Made by a program: the position numbers and the translations under genes. Positions 57,785-64,000 of a stretch of 64,000 nt of DNA are shown here, piece by piece. Under the pieces are notes generated by a model, which was given only the letters and a program-made list of their open reading frames with translations, did no database searches and was not told where the DNA came from. Positions within the stretch are counted from its first letter, which is position 1. Every line of letters starts with the position of its first letter. Origin of the DNA: Macrostomum lignano (lineage: Eukaryota). The stretch covers positions 59,625-123,624 of the forward strand of contig NIVC01002452.1 in assembly GCA_002269645.1 (NCBI GenBank), given 5' to 3'.

Positions 57785-58890
57785 TCTCCTAGCTGCATGC
57801 CCTCTCATCCTTCTTTATGCTACCCTCTAGCTGCCCTCAAACCCTTCCTTGTGATACCCTCTAACTGCCCTCTAATCCTTATGATACCCTCTAGCTACCC
57901 TCAAACCCTTCCTTATGATACCCACTAACTGCTCTCTAATTCTTATGATACCATCTAGCTACCCTCTAATCCTTCGTTATGATACCCTCTAGCTACCCTC
58001 TAATCCTTATGATACCCTCTAGCTGCCCTTATCATTTCTTATAATAATCTCTATAGCTACCCTCTAATCCTTCCTTATGATACCCTCTAACTGCCCTCTA
58101 ATCCTTGATACCCTCAAACTGCCCTTATCATTTCTTAAAATAATCTCTATAGCTACCCTCTAATCCTTCCTTATGATACCCTCTAACTGCCCTCTAATCA
58201 TTATGATACCCTCTAACTGCCCTTATCATTTCTTATAATAATCTCTAGCTACCCTCTAATCCTTCCTCATGATACCCTCTAGCTACCCTCTAATCCTTCG
58301 TTATGCTACCCTCGGCCTCTAGCTGCCCTCTAAACCTTCCTTATGATACCCTAGCCTCTAGCTGCCCTCTCATCCTTCCTTATGATACCCTCTAGCTGCC
58401 CTCTAATCCTTCCTTATGATACCCTCTAGCTGCCCTCTCACCCTTCCTTATGATACCCTCCAGCTACCCTCTATTCCTTCGTTATGATACCCTCTAGCTG
58501 CCCTCTCACCCTTCCATATGATACCCTCTAGCTACCCTCTATTCCTTCGTTATGATACCCTCTAGCTGCCCTCTCACCCTTCCATATGATACCCTCCAGC
58601 TACCCTCTATTCCTTCGTTATGATACCCTCTAGCTGCCCTCTCACCCTTCCATATGATACCCTCTAGCTACCCTCTATTCCTTCGTTATGATACCCTCTA
58701 GCTGCCCTCTCACCCTTCCTTATGATACCCTCTAACTGCCCTCTAATCCTTATGATACCCTCTAGCTGCCCTTATCCTTTCTTATAATAATCTCTAGCTG
58801 CCCTCTAATCCTTCCTCATGATACCCTCTAGCTGCCCTCTAATCCTTCCTTGTGATACCCTCTAATCCTTCGTTATGATACCCTCTCTAT
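57785..58890. repeat. ~34-bp minisatellite (TTATGATACCCTCTAGCTGCCCTCTAATCCTTCC)
   Basis: About 30 degenerate copies. Confidence 0.95.
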
Positions 58891-60249
58891 TCTTGAAAGT
58901 CTTACTGTAGTCTTCGTGTATTTTTCTGCGTAATTTACTCGGTTGATTTATTTGAATCAGTCTTGAAGAAAAATCGTACTATAAATTGCATTTAAGTACT
59001 TCCATCAGGTTTATTTTTAGTTTTAATCTTGAGGAACTCAGCATACATTTTATTGCCTTGGCTATACTGTCGTAAATAATGAAATAATGGGTGTCCAGTT
59101 TATTTATTGACAATACTCTATCTTTGAAGTAATTTTTGAATAAAAGCAATAAACGTACTTTTACTCCAATGTACATTCTCACGTTTCTTGCATTACATTT
59201 ATGTGTCTTCCGGTCCTATCACATTATTGTTCTGTTGAGGTCTCAGAAGGTAGTCACATTCACCATAAAAAATAGTATGTTAAAGGGCTACATATCACAG
59301 TTGCTTGGCTACAATGCCATAAGTTAACCTTTTTCTTGGCAGGTACTATTTTGCCTACTTTTAGTAGCAAGTAGTGCAGAATGTTTTTTAAACCCTTGGC
59401 TATTTGATAAAATATTGAGTCAGGTCGGGATCGCATTCCCGCTACCGTAATGACAGTATACGGTACTACCTGACGCTGTTCGAAGCAGAGTTGCATTTGC
59501 CAATTATTATCTGGTTTATAATATACCTAGCTTGTTGAGTTAGATGTTTAGTTTCTTGTTTGAAAAAATATTTATTGTTGGCTATATATCCGTGTTCTGT
59601 CACAGCTTTTGCTTAGGCTATATTGTAGGACTGACTATATGCGAAAGGGCTGAATGATTTCACACATGGACAAAATATGACAATATCTTGAGGTGCAATT
59701 CACAGCTCTGAAACCAGAAAATATATATTATTGCGTCATAATATCAATATCACTAATCAAAGTTACGCATCAAATTCGAGCTTATGGAATTTCGAGCTAT
59801 TGTGGAACACCCGCTATGCCTAACAGTAGTTAGTATGGGACATCAGTGTTGAATATATTTATCAAATTCAATCAGCGATTGTACTGTTATAAATAAGCGA
59901 ACTTAACTAATCTTTATATATTTAATGTATATGGTTAGTAGATTAGTGATCTGTAGCGCTATTTTTAATTGGCTTTCTGTCGGCTTTAGAGTAAGAAAAT
60001 TAGGCAAAAGTATTGTCATCGAAATAAGTCGAAAGTAATCAGTTTTAAATTCTATTAACTAAGAACTTATATAGTAAGTAAATATATTATAAAGGCTTGT
60101 TCACGCCGCCAATAAATTGAAAACGCTTTGTATGCAAAGTTCATGTATGCATCACTTCATAACTTTTATTGATTTCATTGATGGCGGTGTGAACGACCAT
60201 TCAACCAAATCTTGTTATTAGCGTACATATGTAATGTTATTGACTATAG

Positions 60250-61005
60250 CACCATTCACAGCTTCCCCTACATTCACAGCTTACTTCTCTTCACAACTGG
60301 CCCTTCATTAACAGCTTCTCTGCTTTGCAGCTTCCCCTCCATTCACAGTATCCCCCATTTACAACTTCCCCTATTTACAACATCCTTCCAATCACAGCAT
60401 CCCTTCATCCACAGCTTCCTGTTCCCAGCTTCCCTCCATTCACAGCATCCTTTCATTCACAGCTTTTGATTCACAGCTTCCCTCTGTTCACAGCTTCCCT
60501 GTATTCACAGCTTCCCTCTTTCACAGCTTCCTTCTCTTCACAACTGGCCCTCCATTCACGGCTCCTCTGTATTCACAGATTCTCTCTGTTCACAACTTTC
60601 TACTCTTCACAACTGGCCCTCCATTCACAGCTCCCCCCATTAACAGCTTCCCTGCATTCACAACTTCCCTTCCATTCACAGGTTCCACTCCATTCACAGC
60701 TTCCTGAATTCACACCTTCCCTCTATTTACAGCTTCCTCTCCATTTACAGCTTCCTCTCCATTTACAGCTTCCTCCCCATTCACATCTGCCGTTCCATTC
60801 ACATATTCCCCCATTCACAGCTTCTCTTTATTCACACCTTCCCTCTATTCACAGTTTCCTCTCTATTCACAGTTTCCTCTCCATTTACAGCTTCCTCCCC
60901 ATTCACACCTGCCGCTCCATTCACAGCTTCCCCCCATTCACAGTTTCCTCTTCATTTACAGCTTCTTTCTATTTACAACTGGCCCTCCATCACAGCCGCC
61001 CCTCC
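60250..61005. repeat. Degenerate ATTCACAGCTTCC-based tandem repeat
   Basis: Many short variable units. Confidence 0.88.
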
Positions 61006-61270
61006 ATATTTGTGTGTTATTTGAATTGCTTCGCTATTGGCCAGGAAGGTTGCTAGGTTTCCTGTCTATAATGCTAGCTATATTAATTAGAATTGACATT
61101 TTAGTTATATTAATATACTAAACAGTTTTCCGTCACTGAGTTGTAAAAGTCGCATGTATCGTAAATATGACGCCACAAAGAATAAGCTAAATTTCAAAGT
61201 CTGAACTACGAGCTAAATCCTCATTCGCTGCATATTTCTGGCAACCGAACAAAGACTTGAGTATTTTAAG

Positions 61271-63319
61271 TCGCTGGCCAGAGACGGCCTGATCGACTCA
61301 AATGGCGGCATCCGGGCGGCAGACTCGGTGCCGAAACTCTACGACAGAATGCTGTCGGCTAATAAACTCGTGGCCAAGGCCATCATGCTGAACGTGATCA
61401 AGTACACCGACCAGGCGGACAAGATGGCCGCGCTGTGCAAGAACGGTGGCTGGCAGCTGTTAAATCAGTGGCTAGCGGAGGCCCGGCGAGATGAGAACCG
61501 GGCCCTGGAGAAGCTGCTGCTCGAGGTGTTCCACCGCCTGCCCGTCACTCTGGACATGCTAAGGAGCAACGATTCAGCCAAGATGGTGAAGCAGATTGCA
61601 AGGCCAAGAACCAGGCCGAGCTGTCTGACCTGGCCGCCAGCCTAGTTGACAAGTGGATGGACCAGATCAAAGCGGAACTGCCGCCTCAGCCGCAGCAGGC
61701 GTCGTTGCCGGCTAGCGAGAAAGGCACCGGTCCTTCCGAGCACAAGAGAAAACGGCTGGACAGCGGTGGCGAAGAGCAGCAGCAGCAGCAGCAGCGACGT
61801 TCAACTGAGAAGCAGTCTGAGAAGAAGCAACAGCAGCCGCGTAAGATACCATCGACTGCCCGCACCGCTCCGTCGCATTTTCGCGACACCAACCTGCTCG
61901 CTCGGACGAGCTGACATCGTCCTCGCCGTCGTCGTCGTCGTCATCCGGAGCTGGCGCCGCTGCTTCCTCGTCAAAATTTAAAAGCGAAGCCGTCGAAGGT
62001 CCGTCCGCGGCGAAACGGAAGCGACCGGACACGGACCTTGAGTCTATTCACGCGTCTATCAGCGTCAAGCCAACGCCGTCAGATTCTCCTAAAAGCATAC
62101 CCGGCAGCAGCAACAACCAGCAGCAGCAGCAACAGCAGCAACAGCAAAAGAAACGGCCAGCCGGTGAGCTGCATCTGGACTCCGGCTTCATGGACTCGCT
62201 GTTCTCCAATGGCGGCCATTCTGGCGCTGGTGGCGGCACTGAGCAGCAGCAACAGCACGCAGCCGGTGGCTCCGCCAAGCTGGTGCGAAAACGGAAGAAG
62301 GACAGCGGCGGCAACAGCAACGCAACAACGCCAACAACGCCCGAGTCGCCTGCGGTGCCGGCGCTGCAATCGACGACAGCTCAGCCTGACTCATCATCGG
62401 CGACAAGCCCGAAGAAGCCTGAGTCAGCTGCTGCGCCGCCTCCTCCGGCAACAAGAAGTCCGGCCGGCGGGTCAGCTGGGCGCCAGCCGGCGAGCTGGAG
62501 CAGGTGTCCTACTTCGAGCTGGACGAAACCGAACGAGTCAATGTCAATCGGCAGAGCGTTGAAGAGATGTCCAAGCAGGAGCACGTCAGGGAGCGCGAAT
62601 TGCTTAATAAAGCCCGCAAAGAGGGCCTAATGGACGGGGCCATGGACGATTCGTCGTCCGATTTGTCTTCAAGCAACCCGGCGGCTCCGCACCGTCTGCA
62701 GCTGGGCCGGCCGCCGCAGTGGTACCGGCCGCGGCCAATCAGCGACCTGCCGCCGTTCGCTGCCGAGTCCAATAGCGGCCGGAAATCCACCGAGCGGGCC
62801 CGCCAGGCCAAGCGCCAGGAGGCCATTCTGCAGGTGATTTATTTTAGCCGCGAAGCGGTGCCACCCAGTCCGGCTGAGCCTGACGTTGAGCATGCGGACG
62901 CTGAGGAGCCAAAAATTATCCCGCTCGAAGAGGTATCCAAGCCTGCGTCGCCGCCGCCTACGACTTCTGCAGCGACGCCTCAGCAGCAGGCAAAGCCAGA
63001 GCAACAGCAGAAGCCGAAGCAGGAGCAACCGGTGGCTTCTAGTGCCGGTACTCCATCTGCTACTGTTTCTGCATCAATTCTTCCATCGCCGGATTCGGTC
63101 GCTGTGGCAGTGGCTGCGGCGGTATCTTCAACGTCTTCAACTTCGACAGCTGCACCAACGTCAGCAGCGCTGTCCTCAGCAGCGTCGTCGGCTGTTACAG
63201 CAACGTCGACATTGACTACGACAGCCGCCTCCACGCAGCATCAGTGGCCAGCAGCGTCTCCGACCTTCTGATGACGATTAGCAGATCTTCGAGACGGCGG
63301 TTTGGCTTTGAAAGACGAG
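61271..63319 (+). CDS. PPP1R10: PNUTS/PPP1R10-like PP1 regulatory subunit; 5' part, with at least three -1 frame breaks; continues beyond the window
   Basis: TFIIS-N-like GGWQLLNQWL..LPVTLDMLRSNDSAKMVKQ..LAASLVDKWM, HFRDTNL, PP1-docking RVSW (62468-62479) and YFELDETERVNVN, as recalled for PNUTS. Donor GAG|GTGAGT at 63319/63320. Start codon unresolved. Confidence 0.88.
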
Positions 63320-63385
63320 GTGAGTCATTGCGAGAGCCGAATTAGCGAGGTCTATATTGTCAGGCTAGGAAGGGAACTAATAGTA

Positions 63386-64000
63386 GCTGGAAGCGGAAGC
63401 TGGAAGCGGAAGCTGGAAGCGGAAGCTGGAAGCGGAAGCTGGAAGCGGAAGCTGGAAGCGGAAGCTGGAAGCGGAAGCTGAAGCGGAAGCTGGAAGCGGA
63501 AGCTGGAAGCGGAAGCTGAAGCGGAAGCTGGAAGCGGAAACTGGAAGCGGAAGCTGGAAGCGGAAGCTGGAAGCGGAAGCTGGAAGCGGAAGCTGGAAGC
63601 GGAAGCTGGAAGCGGAAGCTGGAAGCGGAAGCTGGAAGCGGAAGCTGGAAGCGGAAGCTGGAAGCGGAAGCTGGAAGCGGAAGCTGGAAGCGGAAGCTGG
63701 AAGCGGAAGCTGGAAGCGGAAGCTGGAAGCGGAAGCTGGAAGCGGAAGCTGGAAGCGGAAGCTGGAAGCGGAAGCTGGAAGCGGAAGCTGGAAGCGGAAG
63801 CTGGAAGCGGAAGCTGGAAGCGGAAGTGGAGCGGAAGCTGGAAGCGGAAGCTGGAAGCGGAAGCTGGAAGCGGAAGCTGGAAGCGGAAGCTGGAAGCGGA
63901 AGCTGGAAGCGGAAGCTGGAAGCGGAAGCTGGAAGCGGAAGCTGAAGCGGAAGCTGGAAGCGGAAGCTGGAAGCGGAAGCTGGAAGCGGAAGCTGGAAGC
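63386..64000. repeat. 13-bp minisatellite (GGAAGCTGGAAGC)n in the PNUTS-like intron
   Basis: More than 45 copies, running off the window end. Confidence 0.98.

Overview
Eukaryotic (animal) genomic DNA with spliced genes; no prokaryotic features and no CRISPR. The style (GC-rich exons, introns inflated by unrelated minisatellites) suggests a free-living flatworm such as Macrostomum, but that is inference. Genes in order: (1) 3' end of an M13 neprilysin-like peptidase (+). (2) A 10-exon FSTL4/5-like secreted protein (-; EF-hand, 2 Ig, propeller, apparently no Kazal domain). (3) A 5-exon KLHDC8-like kelch gene (-) whose 9.4-kb intron 2 contains two antisense nested genes, an unassigned W-amide neuropeptide precursor and an ENPP-family ectoenzyme. 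(4) A CCDC137-like gene (-). (5) Two exons of a Quiver/sleepless-like Ly6 protein (+). (6) The 5' part of a PNUTS/PPP1R10-like gene (+) with several -1 frame breaks. A ~20-kb AT-rich, apparently non-coding block (~31.8-51.65 kb) holds MITEs, fold-backs and an intact, very young Ty3/Gypsy LTR retrotransposon with a clear -1 frameshift signal. Also present: three defective mariner elements, two copies of a tRNA-derived SINE and more than 20 tandem arrays. Most long ORFs in the supplied track are read-throughs of these arrays. All homology calls come from recalled motifs, not database searches.
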